A stretch of 47,905 nt of DNA from Methanomassiliicoccaceae archaeon (GCA_963728405.1 CAVSJV010000006.1:1-47905), one strand, 5' to 3'; counted from the first letter of the stretch, positions 9,311 to 19,186 are shown. The notes: generated by a model from the letters alone, not told the origin. Numbers and translations: made by a program.

Positions 9311-9562
9311 CTATCCCCTCCTGGCATACTCTTCCAGAATAGCTCGTCGATAGTCCGGCTCTCTGTTGGCCGGAACATAGTTGTAGATTTTCACTTCCTT
9401 CAACAGCGCCCGGCCGATTTCCTCCTCACTGGCCAGACCCATGGCGGCGACCTTTCCGATGATCTCGTCAAGCTGTGCGATGCCCACCGCTTGGCCGTTT
9501 ACAACGATCTTATTGATCCTCCTTGCCGCGGCCGCTGCACAACATGGCTTCTCTTCTTCCAT
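9311..9562 (-). CDS. Small conserved-looking protein with an N-terminal CC motif
   Basis: MEEEKPCCAAAA..V.G..VGI..LD..NYVP; GGAGGTG upstream of the start. Confidence 0.7.
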   Translation of the reverse strand: MEEEKPCCAAAAARRINKIVVNGQAVGIAQLDEIIGKVAAMGLASEEEIGRALLKEVKIYNYVPANREPDYRRAILEEYARRG

Positions 9563-9708
9563 GATCTCACACCTCCGTTCCGCATGCGAACATTGCGGTG
9601 AAGGGGGCCGGTATGTGACAAGCCAACACATGCTGTGACAGATAATTATTCAAGTTGTTCAAGCTGCTATGCAAAGGGCCGTTCGATGGGGCGGTCGTGC
9701 TTTCACCA

Positions 9709-9778
9709 TTTCAATATATCTTGAAATCACTAATTACAATCCGGTATTAATCAATTCGCATTTCAGTTTTATTTGAAA
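9709..9778. promoter_or_regulatory. Two ArsR-type palindromes
   Basis: TTTCAA-TATATC-TTGAAA (9709-9726) and TTTCAG-TTTTAT-TTGAAA (9761-9778). Confidence 0.6.
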
Positions 9779-10052
9779 CGTGGCTCTCTTGAATGGCCTG
9801 CACAATTTCCGAGCAGGCATGTTCGGCATTCTCTCTCAGGCTAGCCTGCACCAATGCTTTGCCACTGGGATATAGCTTGACGACGACGCCTTCGTCCTCG
9901 AAAAGAATGGTGAGGACAGGCGGGCAGAGAGCGACTTCGATGTTAGGATGATGGGAGAGAGAAACGCTCAATGAATCCAGATCAATGGTACTATCCGCCA
10001 TCGCTTCGTACTCCTCGGCCGACGAGCACAGTTTCCTCAGTTTGAAGATCAT
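9747..10052 (-). CDS. Hypothetical protein
   Basis: Clean ORF co-oriented with tauE/fmdE; the V.LYPSGKALV segment resembles TBP-like folds. Confidence 0.55.
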   Translation of the reverse strand: MIFKLRKLCSSAEEYEAMADSTIDLDSLSVSLSHHPNIEVALCPPVLTILFEDEGVVVKLYPSGKALVQASLRENAEHACSEIVQAIQESHVSNKTEMRID

Positions 10053-10069
10053 AGGCTATACCAGTGAAT

Positions 10070-10837
10070 TCATGCCAGTAACTTCAGGATCAGCTGAACG
10101 GCGAAGATCCACATGATCAGCCCAAAGCCGACCTTGATCCAGCTGGACTTCAGCTTCACCGTCAATCTTGCCCCGATCGATGCACCGATGAACACCGCTA
10201 TGCTCCCGGAAACGATCAGCGCGAGATCAAGGGTCCCGAAGGCGGAGTGCCCTATCACTCCGAACAACGAGGAGAATATGACGATGAACGAAACGGTGCC
10301 CGCGGAGTTCTTCATCGGGTACCTGCAGGCGAATATCAGGAACGGGACGATGAGTATGCCCCCGCCTACGCCCAGCAGTCCCGACAGCACCCCCACGGCG
10401 AAGCTGAACATGATGATGGTAGCATACATCGCCCGGGAAAAGCCGACCGGACAGGTCTCCGCCTCCTTTCCCCCCTCCCTCACTGTGTATATCATCCTCG
10501 CCCCCGCTCCCAGAAGGAAGACAACGAAGAGCCAGAGCAGGAACGTTGGATCGACGAAGTTGCCGAGGGCGCCTCCGAGAAGGGCGCCGAGACAGATGCC
10601 GGGGATGAAGGCGGCGGAGATCTTCAGGTCGATCAACTTGCTGCGATAGTAGACGACCGCCGCGGAAGCGGCCGTGACCAGGTTAAGCACCAGGGACGTC
10701 GAGACCGAGATCAGGGTCGTGAAGCCCAGCAGGACAAATATGGGGGTGTACAGAGAACCGCCGCCCTGGCCGAACATCGCGAAGACGATCGCCACCAGGA
10801 ATACGGAGATGACAGCAACCCAGTATACCCCGTCCAT
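10070..10837 (-). CDS. TauE/SafE-family membrane exporter
   Basis: Duplicated FGQGGG..P and LGVGGG..VP motifs; about 8 TM helices. Confidence 0.9.
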   Translation of the reverse strand: MDGVYWVAVISVFLVAIVFAMFGQGGGSLYTPIFVLLGFTTLISVSTSLVLNLVTAASAAVVYYRSKLIDLKISAAFIPGICLGALLGGALGNFVDPTFLLWLFVVFLLGAGARMIYTVREGGKEAETCPVGFSRAMYATIIMFSFAVGVLSGLLGVGGGILIVPFLIFACRYPMKNSAGTVSFIVIFSSLFGVIGHSAFGTLDLALIVSGSIAVFIGASIGARLTVKLKSSWIKVGFGLIMWIFAVQLILKLLA

Positions 10838-10845
10838 CCATATCC

Positions 10846-11484
10846 CTACTGCACGCCCTTGACCAAGTTCACCCAGGTCTGCGTGTATTCAGAGCAAGGT
10901 ATGCACATCGGCTTTCCGTCGACCGTGCGCACGTACCGCTCGAACACGTACTCCCCGCACTTGCTGCACTTGACCTTGGCGAACGACCCTTTCGGCCTGC
11001 TGAAGGTGAAATCGGGTAGCCGCTCGACCTTGAACAGCTCCCCGTCCGTTGCTACCAATACGCGGTCTACCACCTTCTCGGTCACGTCCGCGGGGATGTC
11101 CGACGGCTCTACGCCCTTCTTGCGGTAGGCGAAGAACTCGAACTTGCCCAATTCATCCTGGAACTCCGAGCGGAGGTAGATCCGGACCGCGCCCTTGCCC
11201 GGTGCGTAGAGTATCATCGCCACTTTACCGTATCCGAGCCGTTCCATCATCAGTTTGCCATAGGTGCAGCCAGTGGCGGCCATCGTCCCGTCCATCATGC
11301 ATGTTTGGGGATGCCCGACCCCCATCTCGGAGAAGGCGAAAGCGCCGTGGTCCTTGACCCGCTCGATCCCCAGCTCCTTCATGGCCAGTACGCCCATGCG
11401 GTAGCCGATGGGCATGAACGGGCAGGTGTGCCCATGAAACTCCCAGACCCACTCCGGTATCTCGACCTTATTGTTATCTGTCAT
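10846..11484 (-). CDS. fmdE: FmdE/FwdE-family protein with a C-terminal zinc finger
   Basis: EFHGHTCP, C..DG..TGCT.GK, C-terminal CSKCGE...CIPC. Confidence 0.88.
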   Translation of the reverse strand: MTDNNKVEIPEWVWEFHGHTCPFMPIGYRMGVLAMKELGIERVKDHGAFAFSEMGVGHPQTCMMDGTMAATGCTYGKLMMERLGYGKVAMILYAPGKGAVRIYLRSEFQDELGKFEFFAYRKKGVEPSDIPADVTEKVVDRVLVATDGELFKVERLPDFTFSRPKGSFAKVKCSKCGEYVFERYVRTVDGKPMCIPCSEYTQTWVNLVKGVQ

Positions 11485-11496
11485 GGTTTATACCTC

Positions 11497-11516
11497 ATTT
11501 CAATATATGTTGAAAT
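11497..11516. promoter_or_regulatory. ArsR-type palindrome upstream of fmdE
   Basis: ATTTCAA-TATATG-TTGAAAT, 12 bp upstream of the start codon. Confidence 0.7.
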
Positions 11517-11628
11517 ATTGCGTCGGATATATCCTTTTTGTGCCTGAGGTGAAGCCCTCGAACATATGGCCTGATGCAGCTTCTGGATGGGGTGCTCCGA
11601 TCGTTTCTAGCACTCCTTCCCGACGCGC

Positions 11629-12402
11629 TCATTGGCAGCGGATCGGTCCGCCTTCCGCGTTCTGGCGGTCCAGTTCTACGATCTTCCGCCGGATCCACCG
11701 CACAGTGGTCCACACCAGCACGATGGACAGGAACAGGCTCAGGAACGCCACCTCACCGCTGGCATCGGGCAGGATGTCCGTGCCGATGATCGCCAGGAAG
11801 TTGAACGATGCATGGATCAGCACCGCCACCAGGTAGTAAGGGATCCAGCTTTTGGGCGTTCCGTACCAAGATCGGAAGCAGTACGAACGGGAGATGCCGA
11901 ACCCCGAGATCGCGGTGGCCGAGGTATGCAGCAGCGTGGAGGTGAGCGTACGGGCAATGACCGTGATGATGAAGATCTCCACTCCGGTGGTCAGGGATGA
12001 GGTGTAATAGAGCACGTTCTCACCGGCGGCAAAACCCAGGCCGCAGGCCGCACCGTACACCAGGCCATTCTCCGGTTCGGTGAGCCGCCGGTGGGCCGCG
12101 AACACGCCGGTGGCCTTGGTGAACTCCTCGATGATCGGAGCAAGGATGAGGGCCAATATGATGTTGGAGCCCACCGCGCTCAGCGTGCCGTTGGTGATGC
12201 TGTCGAGAACTGATATGGAGATCACTTCGAGCACGAAGGCCAGGCCCAGGGCGATGGTGAGGCCATAGATGAACACACCCTCCACGGCGAAGAGGGGCTC
12301 GCGCTCATGGATCTCCGCCGACCGTATCCACAGCAGGTACATGATGGCCGGCACGAAGGCCACGATGACAACAATGACGAGCTCCAGGGTGCTGAGGGCC
12401 AT
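11629..12402 (-). CDS. PrsW-family intramembrane metalloprotease
   Basis: APIIEEFTK, GFAAGEN, LH and IHASFN motifs. Confidence 0.88.
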   Translation of the reverse strand: MALSTLELVIVVIVAFVPAIMYLLWIRSAEIHEREPLFAVEGVFIYGLTIALGLAFVLEVISISVLDSITNGTLSAVGSNIILALILAPIIEEFTKATGVFAAHRRLTEPENGLVYGAACGLGFAAGENVLYYTSSLTTGVEIFIITVIARTLTSTLLHTSATAISGFGISRSYCFRSWYGTPKSWIPYYLVAVLIHASFNFLAIIGTDILPDASGEVAFLSLFLSIVLVWTTVRWIRRKIVELDRQNAEGGPIRCQ

Positions 12403-12652
12403 GGGTGGGCATACTATGCATCAGGACTCTAAATATAATATGCGCAGGGTAGAAAAATATGGCCGGGCGGGGCGGGTCCTTAATTCAGGACCCTCATCTT
12501 TCGGTCCAAGAGACAGACGAAAAGGCCATCGTCGGCCGTGGCCAGCTCGCCTGTGAAGCCCCCACTGGGCCGATTATATACAATGAGTCCTCTTGTTTCC
12601 TCCCTGACTCGCTCCATTGCCTCGTGGGGAGGGAGGGAGAGGAGAACGGACC

Positions 12653-13150
12653 ATGAATAATAGCAATATACGAACAGCCGAAGGTAGAGAGACCTGCAAC
12701 AAGCACATCGAGCAGTGGACCGTCGAGGGGATGCCCCAGGTCATCCGGACCGTCGAGTCCAACACGGATGCCGAGGTCATCGTTCTGGCCTGCCGTTGGA
12801 GGTATTTTGCCGGAAAGGACCTGGAAGAGTTGAAACGGCTTGCTTCCGAGGTCGACTATCGGGTGGTCAGGACGCCCTGCTCCGGCCAGGTCGATGGGGA
12901 CTGGATCGCCGCCGCGCTGGACTCCGGAGCGGAGGCGGTGATGGTGATGGGAGGCCATGACGATGACTGCGCCTTCGCCCGGGACCCCTCGGCGGCGGAG
13001 AACTGTCTGAAAACGAAGGCCGCTCAACAAGGTCTGGACCCCGAACGCCTCGTGGTGGACTGGTCCGATGAGCGCTGGCCTGAAGGGCTCCAGAACTCCG
13101 TGGACCGGGTGGTCGCCCGGGTCAAGGGGCCCGACCCCTCTAGGAAATAG
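12653..13150 (+). CDS. Divergent MvhD/FlpD-like Fe-S subunit
   Basis: ACRW..RVVRTPCSGQVD..GAEAV.V.G....C..GLDPERL..DW. Confidence 0.72.
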   Translation: MNNSNIRTAEGRETCNKHIEQWTVEGMPQVIRTVESNTDAEVIVLACRWRYFAGKDLEELKRLASEVDYRVVRTPCSGQVDGDWIAAALDSGAEAVMVMGGHDDDCAFARDPSAAENCLKTKAAQQGLDPERLVVDWSDERWPEGLQNSVDRVVARVKGPDPSRK

Positions 13151-13262
13151 TCCGGACCTAGCGGTCCAGAGACCATTCTGAATTTTATAGAACTTCTCTC
13201 CGCCGTATGCCGTTCGGCCTTGGGCGTTTTGAAAAAATAAGGAAAAGGTTTCGTCCTCTAGC

Positions 13263-14442
13263 TCACGCCCTCAGCGCGTACGAGGGGTTAGTGGACGGTG
13301 GGGTGGGGGATGAGGACGGGGTCGATCCCGTGGACGGGGCGGCGGCGCAGGTCATGTTCATCGGGTCGATCTGTCCGCGGATCTCTCCGCCAGGGTTCTG
13401 GGTGGTGTGCACATTGACGTAGATGGACCCGTTGCTCATCGCGTTCTCGAGGTCGTTGATGGTCATGCCCTGCAGCGGCCCAACCAAGTTGGCGGCGCTG
13501 ACGTTACCTTCGACCAGCTTGCCGTTCATCGGTTTCCCGGCATCCGCCGACGATATGCTCGCCGGGGCGGTCGCGGTGCTCGATGGGTACAGCCACGTCA
13601 CAACCGATCCCTCCGCGCCCGGCATGCCCATATGGAAGTGGGCCTGGGTCACGTTGGCGATGTTGAAGGTCCACAGCGCATAGTGGATGTTGGAACCGTT
13701 GGGCTGCACAAGTGCCACGCCCCAGGGAATGGGACCGAGGTTCCGCCCTTCCAGCGCGGTCATGATCTTCGAACCATTGGCCGGCATGAGACCGGAGATG
13801 TTCCACATTGGATCGGTGGTGGTCAGCGTGGGCTCATCCAGCGGGCTCATGGGAATGGCCAGTGCGGCCGTCCATATGTTGGCGCTGGTGATCTGTCCGC
13901 GGATCTCTCCGCCGGGGTTCTGGGTGGTGTGGACGTTCACATACAGTCTGCCCGCTCTTCATGGCGCTCATGAGGTCGCTTAGGCTCTTACCCTGCATCG
14001 GTCCGATCAGGTCCGAGGCGCTGATGTTACCCTTGGCCAGCAGGCCCGAGAAGTTGCCAGGCATCTTGGTCGTGTTCAGGCTGGATGCGGCCTGTCCGAC
14101 CTTGGTGGACGGGAATAACCAGGCTACGACCGGTCCTTCCTGTCCTGCAGCCCCCATGTGTATGTGGGCCTGGGTGATGTTACTGGTCCCGGACACCCAG
14201 AGCTGGTAGCAGATCTGGTCGCTACCGTTGCTCATCTGGAGCACGATGGCCCCCTCAGGGTGCTCGCTCGCAGGGATGGGGGTGGTCAGGTTGGGTTCCT
14301 GGTCCGGCGACAACATTACCACTGCCGTATCAGGCCAGCTGGATTGTCCACTGGTCTGAGCGGTCGACAAGGCGGGTACCATTAGAAAGGCACCGGCCAA
14401 GAGGACCATGGACAGCAACGCTAATACTTTGCTCAATCTCAT
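13263..14442 (-). CDS. Secreted tandem CHRD-domain protein; frameshift near 13943
   Basis: Signal peptide; two copies of TQAH.H.G..G.EG.VV.WL...Y.NVHT.QNPGGEIRGQI; Ser/Thr/Pro tail. Confidence 0.82.
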
Positions 14443-14629
14443 GTTCTCGACTCCTCTCTGTCGCTTTAGTGCCTACCTTAGGCACTGACGCCGCTTTGAC
14501 CGGGATACGGATCGTCGTGGACCCCTATCCCCCAAGGGCGTTGATAGCATGGGGGGCCATGGATGGTACAAAATCATTGGCCGCAAGAGCAGCGAGCGCT
14601 GGGAAGGGTAGATGAAGAAATCGAGGGTA

Positions 14630-14663
14630 GCCTCCGCTATGGTGGGAACGACATAGCGGAGGC
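14630..14663. terminator. 12-bp perfect stem-loop, likely terminator of the HisA-like gene
   Basis: GCCTCCGCTATG-10 nt-CATAGCGGAGGC. Confidence 0.45.
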
Positions 14664-14721
14664 GGGGGGATCGAATCTCCTGGCTGCTCGGCCAGTCTAT
14701 ACCAGGGATCGGGCGGGGTCC

Positions 14722-15753
14722 TTAATCACTGGGCGACGGACTGCCCTTCGCCGCCGGCCTTGCCGCCGGGGTCACATCCTCGGTGATCAGTTCCCTCTCC
14801 TCTTCGCGGATGATGTCGGCGATGACCGGGGTGAAGGGGTCCATGAAGGCGCCGGCCAGACCGGCGGAGCGCAGCAGGGCGACATCCTCCTCGATCACTC
14901 CGCCGCCCATGATGATGTCGGCGTCCAGCTGGGCTAATCTTTCGATCAATGAGCGGTCCACGCCGTTGCCCTGGCCCACCCGGGTCAGATCGATGACCCC
15001 GATGTGCTCGAAGCCCAGGTCGGTCAGCGCCGCCACCGCCCCTTCCAGGTCCCGTGGTCCCGACTTGTGGCGGGGCCACAGCACCTCCGTGGTCATCTGG
15101 ATGCACGGCACCACCCGGTCCGAAAGTTCGAACGCTTCCTCGAAGACCTTGAGGCTCGGAGCGGTCATGGTCCCGATGATCGTGCGCGAGACGTCCATGG
15201 CGAAGGCATCGAAAACGTCCTCGACGTCCCGGACGCCCAGATCGAGCCAGACCTGGTACTTGCTCTTGATCAGGGTCTTGAGCACGTCGAAGTTCGGCCT
15301 ACCTCCCTGGATGCCCGACAGGTCCAGGAGCATGAGCTCCTTGGCCGAATAGCGGGGGCTCTGCACCGCCCGCCAGTATCTCGAGAACTTGGCGCTCTGC
15401 CCCTTGATGCGGTAGCCGTTGTTCCACTCCACCTCGACGACCTCCGCCACCTGTGCTATGGGCAGGTCGATGTAGGGGACGTGGAACAGCGTGGTGGTGT
15501 CCACGGGCATCATGGGGACGTGGATGAACTCCCCCGTCCCTTCGGTCTTGCCGGCGGTCAGGCTCTTCTGGAACGCCGAGAGCTCGTCCATGGTATCGAA
15601 GTCCAGCGGCACGGCGGTCCTGCCGCAATTCCGGCACCGGTAACCGCCGTCGTTGTGATCGATCCACGGAAGGGGCCCGCCGAACAGCAGGGCCGGGTAG
15701 GTATCCATGCTGCCGCAGTACGGACACGCCCGGATGGTGATATTATCGGCCAT
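14722..15753 (-). CDS. HisA/HisF-related TIM-barrel protein with an N-terminal zinc ribbon
   Basis: CPYC...CRNC, then LLDL.GI.GG.PN, LDLGVR, IIGT, DLTRVG.G.G and GGGV. Confidence 0.7.
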   Translation of the reverse strand: MADNITIRACPYCGSMDTYPALLFGGPLPWIDHNDGGYRCRNCGRTAVPLDFDTMDELSAFQKSLTAGKTEGTGEFIHVPMMPVDTTTLFHVPYIDLPIAQVAEVVEVEWNNGYRIKGQSAKFSRYWRAVQSPRYSAKELMLLDLSGIQGGRPNFDVLKTLIKSKYQVWLDLGVRDVEDVFDAFAMDVSRTIIGTMTAPSLKVFEEAFELSDRVVPCIQMTTEVLWPRHKSGPRDLEGAVAALTDLGFEHIGVIDLTRVGQGNGVDRSLIERLAQLDADIIMGGGVIEEDVALLRSAGLAGAFMDPFTPVIADIIREEERELITEDVTPAARPAAKGSPSPSD

Positions 15754-15856
15754 TGGGCCCTCCAGTGATGGGGGCGGATAAGTCCTTTCCGGTCTACCAG
15801 TGGTAGAGCGACGGGCGAGGTTCAGGAGGATCGAACGAGAACGACGGGGACCGGTG

Positions 15857-15890
15857 GAAAAAGGAAAGATGGAGGGGGCCGAGCCCCTCC
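15857..15890 (-). terminator. Hairpin plus pyrimidine tract after the MFS gene
   Basis: GGAGGGG-GCCGAG-CCCCTCC, followed on the minus strand by TCTTTCCTTTTT. Confidence 0.45.
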
Positions 15891-15892
15891 GT

Positions 15893-17387
15893 TCACCTGG
15901 TCGGGGGCAGGTCCGCGGCCGGGATGTCGCACACCATGTCCTGAGAGCGGGGCCTTAGGGCAAGGGCACATATGAGGCCGATGAGGGCGAAGGCGAACCC
16001 GACCCACCAGGTCAGGATGTAGCCGTCCTCCGAGTACAGCTTGATGGACACGCCCGGCCCCACCGGGAACAGGATGGTGTTCGCGGCCAGGATCACCGTT
16101 GCTAGCACCGGCCCGATGGAACCGCCCACGATACGGAACAGGGTGTTCATGCCCGATGCGACGCCGAACTCGCTCTGGCGGCACGACTGCACCACCAGGT
16201 TGATCATGGACACCATGCACAGGGCCAGCCCGGCACCGATGATCAGCAGGGAGATGGCGATGTCCCAGAAGGTGGAATGCAGGGCGATGATCGCCAGGAA
16301 GCCCGCGCTCAGGACGGCCATGCCCAGGACCAGCACCCTGGAGGGGCCGAACCGCTTGGACATGGTGCCTCCCAGCGGCCCGAAGATCAGCTGGGCGATG
16401 GCGGTGGGGAACATGTACAGGCCAACAGTGAACGTGTCGGTCAGCCCGAACGTCCCACCCGCTGCGATCGGCGTCTCAAGGAAGAACGGCAGGGTCTGGA
16501 ACACCAGGAACATGGCCAGACCGACGAACACGGCGACGACGTTGCCGCCCAGCATGCCGCGGTTCTTGAAGAGGCTCGGTCGGACGATGGGGTCCTTGGA
16601 CCGAAGCTCGATGACCACGAAGGCCACTATGGAGATCGCCGAGACCAGGAACAGGCCGATGATGATGGCGCTCTCCCAGCCCCACCCCTGGCCCTGGGTC
16701 AGGGCGAGCAGGAAGGTGAAGATGCCCACTCCCAAGGTAATGGATCCCGGAAAGTCCAGGCCGCCCTCCCGGGTGATGGCGGGGTCCTTGATCAGGAAGT
16801 AGGAGGCGATGGCCAATGCCAGGAAGAACGGGGTGACCACATGGAATGCGTCGGTCCAGTTGGCGACCGAGGTGATGTACCCGCCCCCCAGCAGGCCGAT
16901 GGACACGCCCACCGAGAACATGGCGGAGATGAGGCCGATGGCCACCGGTATCTTGTCCCTGGGAAAGGTGTCCCTGACGATGCCAAAGGCCAGGGTGAAC
17001 ATGCCCATGCCGATGCCTTGCAGCGCCCGGAAGAAGAGCAGGACGAAGATGTTGTTGTAGCCGAAGATGGCCTGGGATATGGTCAGGGAGAAGCCGCAGC
17101 CCACCAGGGCGATCAGGTAGACGACCATGACCGTGACGAGGATCCGCTTCTTGCCGTAGATGTCGCCCAGGCGGCCCACCAGGGGCGTGGCCACCGCACC
17201 GACGAGCAGAGTAGATGGACAGGACCCAGGAGATCCACTCGGTGTCCCCGGGAAAGTCCTGGGCTATCTGTGGAAGGGCGGGAACGAGCATGATCTCTAT
17301 GAACATGACCATCATGGCCAAACTGGCCAGGATGGCTAGGATCGTGCCGTTCGCTCGGCTGTATGTGCTCTTGCTCTTTTCGACCAT
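15893..17387 (-). CDS. MFS transporter (DHA2-like, 14 TM); frameshift near 17208
   Basis: ALPQIA..W..S.Y, GRLGDIYGKKR motif A, RALQGIG. Confidence 0.85.
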
Positions 17388-17571
17388 GGGGACACCTATA
17401 TCGGTTTTCGATATATGGCTTGTTATTTCAATTTGTTCCGGGGGCTTTGAGCCACCTTTGGAACGGGACACGGTATTGTTACCATCATAATAATCCTAAC
17501 TCGAACCTGCTCCGGTCCAGGCCTTGGCACCCTATGCAAGCTTTTTGACCCCCGCCATGCATTGTCATGCT

Positions 17572-18492
17572 GTGAACAAGCTGCTGGTGATCGGCGGGAC
17601 CGGCCTTCTCGGTCAGTACCTGGTGCTGGAGGCCAATGGTCGTGGTTGGGATGTCACGGCGACGTACCACGACCACGATGCCAAGCTGAGCACCGCGAAC
17701 ATGGTCCACCTGGACGTCCGGGACGAGAACGAGGTGCGCCGGACCATCAATGACCTTCGCCCAGATATCGTCATCCTGGCGGGCGGGCTGACGGACCTCG
17801 ATCATTGCGAGACCCATCCTCAGGAGGCGTGGGCCATCAATGCCGAGGGAACACTGAACGTGGCGGCGACCTGCAAGCTGGCCAACGTCCTGTTGATGTA
17901 CATATCCACTGATGCGGTGTTCAATGGGGTGAAGGAAGAGCACTACTTCGAGTTCGATACCCCCGACCCATCCGGCATCTACGCACAAACGAAGCTGGAA
18001 GGAGAACGTCTCACTCTCGACGCCGACTATCGGAACATCGTGTGCCGCGTTTCCACTCTGTACGGCTGGAACCGGTCGTCCAATAAGCCCAATTTTGTCA
18101 CCTGGGCGTTGGGAGAGCTGCGGGCCGGCCGCCCCATCGACCTGTACGCCGATCGCCGCTCTGCACCGACCTACGCTCCGCATTGCGCTAAGGTGCTGCT
18201 CACCATGCTCGAGCAGGGGGCCAGGGGCATCTACCACACCTCCGGCCACGAGTGCATGGACCGGTACACGATGGGCCTCAAGGTCGCTGAGGTCTTCGGC
18301 CTGGACTCGACATTGTGCCGCAAGGCAAGCTCGGACGACGCCCCGGCGGTCACCCGTCGGGGCAAGAACCTCTGCCTGAGCGTGCAGAAAGCCGAAGGTG
18401 AGCTCGACCTCCGCATGATGGGGTTCGAGGAGGGCCTGCGGGTGATGCGCTCGACCGAGCCGGGCACCGAGGACGGCTCGGAAAATTTTTAG
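17572..18492 (+). CDS. rfbD: dTDP-4-dehydrorhamnose reductase-like extended SDR
   Basis: GGTGLLG, ISTDAVF, YAQTKLEGE. Confidence 0.85.
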   Translation: MNKLLVIGGTGLLGQYLVLEANGRGWDVTATYHDHDAKLSTANMVHLDVRDENEVRRTINDLRPDIVILAGGLTDLDHCETHPQEAWAINAEGTLNVAATCKLANVLLMYISTDAVFNGVKEEHYFEFDTPDPSGIYAQTKLEGERLTLDADYRNIVCRVSTLYGWNRSSNKPNFVTWALGELRAGRPIDLYADRRSAPTYAPHCAKVLLTMLEQGARGIYHTSGHECMDRYTMGLKVAEVFGLDSTLCRKASSDDAPAVTRRGKNLCLSVQKAEGELDLRMMGFEEGLRVMRSTEPGTEDGSENF

Positions 18493-18534
18493 GCATGAAG
18501 TGCCCAAGCTCTGTCGAACACAAGAGGGATCGAC

Positions 18535-18840
18535 CTGAGCTCCACCACCACGTACTATGTCCTTCCGGAACATCACATCTATCTGTCTGACGACCGCACC
18601 GGGCTGGTGTTCGACCAGCACCTGCCGATGGTGCGGAAGGATAACCTCAACGTCGAAGTGCTCGAGAAGTCCATCTGCCTGGACTTCAAGGCCGAGGGGA
18701 GGGAGCGCATGGCGAGGTGCTACTCCCTGCCCTACGAGGTCGATCCATCAACGGCGGAGGGTTCGTTCGACAACAACGTGCTCACCGTCCGGGCCAAGCT
18801 GCTCACCGCGCCCTTTCCCGGGAAGAAGCTCTCGCTCTGA
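18535..18840 (+). CDS. Hsp20/alpha-crystallin-like protein; probable CTG start
   Basis: LP.V.K..L.VEV..YSLPYEVDP....FDNNVLTV; the frame extends upstream to a CTG after AGAGGG. Confidence 0.7.
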   Translation: MSSTTTYYVLPEHHIYLSDDRTGLVFDQHLPMVRKDNLNVEVLEKSICLDFKAEGRERMARCYSLPYEVDPSTAEGSFDNNVLTVRAKLLTAPFPGKKLSL

Positions 18841-18904
18841 GGGCGACGGGTCCGGCCAATGTGTTATCATTCAGTAATCGCATCGCCCCCGAGGTGTTTT
18901 TCTT

Positions 18905-19186
18905 ATGATGTCTAAGATACCCGGTGAGCTTTCGAAAGTAAAGAAGGGTGATATCGATCTGGAGATCCTGAGGGCGGCGATCATCGCCGAGCTCGATGCC
19001 ATCTCGCTGTACGAGCAGATGGCCGCCTCGAGCGGCAACCCTGATGTCCGGGCGGTCCTTCTGGACATCGCCAAGGAGGAGAAGACCCATATGGGTGAGT
19101 TCACCACCCTCCTGCTGCGTCTCGACCAGGAGCAGGCCGAGGAGCTGAAGAACGGTCAGAAGGAAGTGGAGGAGCTGCTGGAGTAG
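18905..19186 (+). CDS. Small ferritin-like protein (encapsulin-associated ferritin type)
   Basis: IIAELDAISLYEQ..IAKEEKTH.GEF..LL..LD. Confidence 0.85.
   Translation: MMSKIPGELSKVKKGDIDLEILRAAIIAELDAISLYEQMAASSGNPDVRAVLLDIAKEEKTHMGEFTTLLLRLDQEQAEELKNGQKEVEELLE

Noticed and set aside
16041-18621. Long antisense ORFs (e.g. 16277-17293, 17485-18621, and similar ones elsewhere)
   Set aside because: Shadow ORFs of GC-rich genes on the opposite strand, with no recognisable motifs
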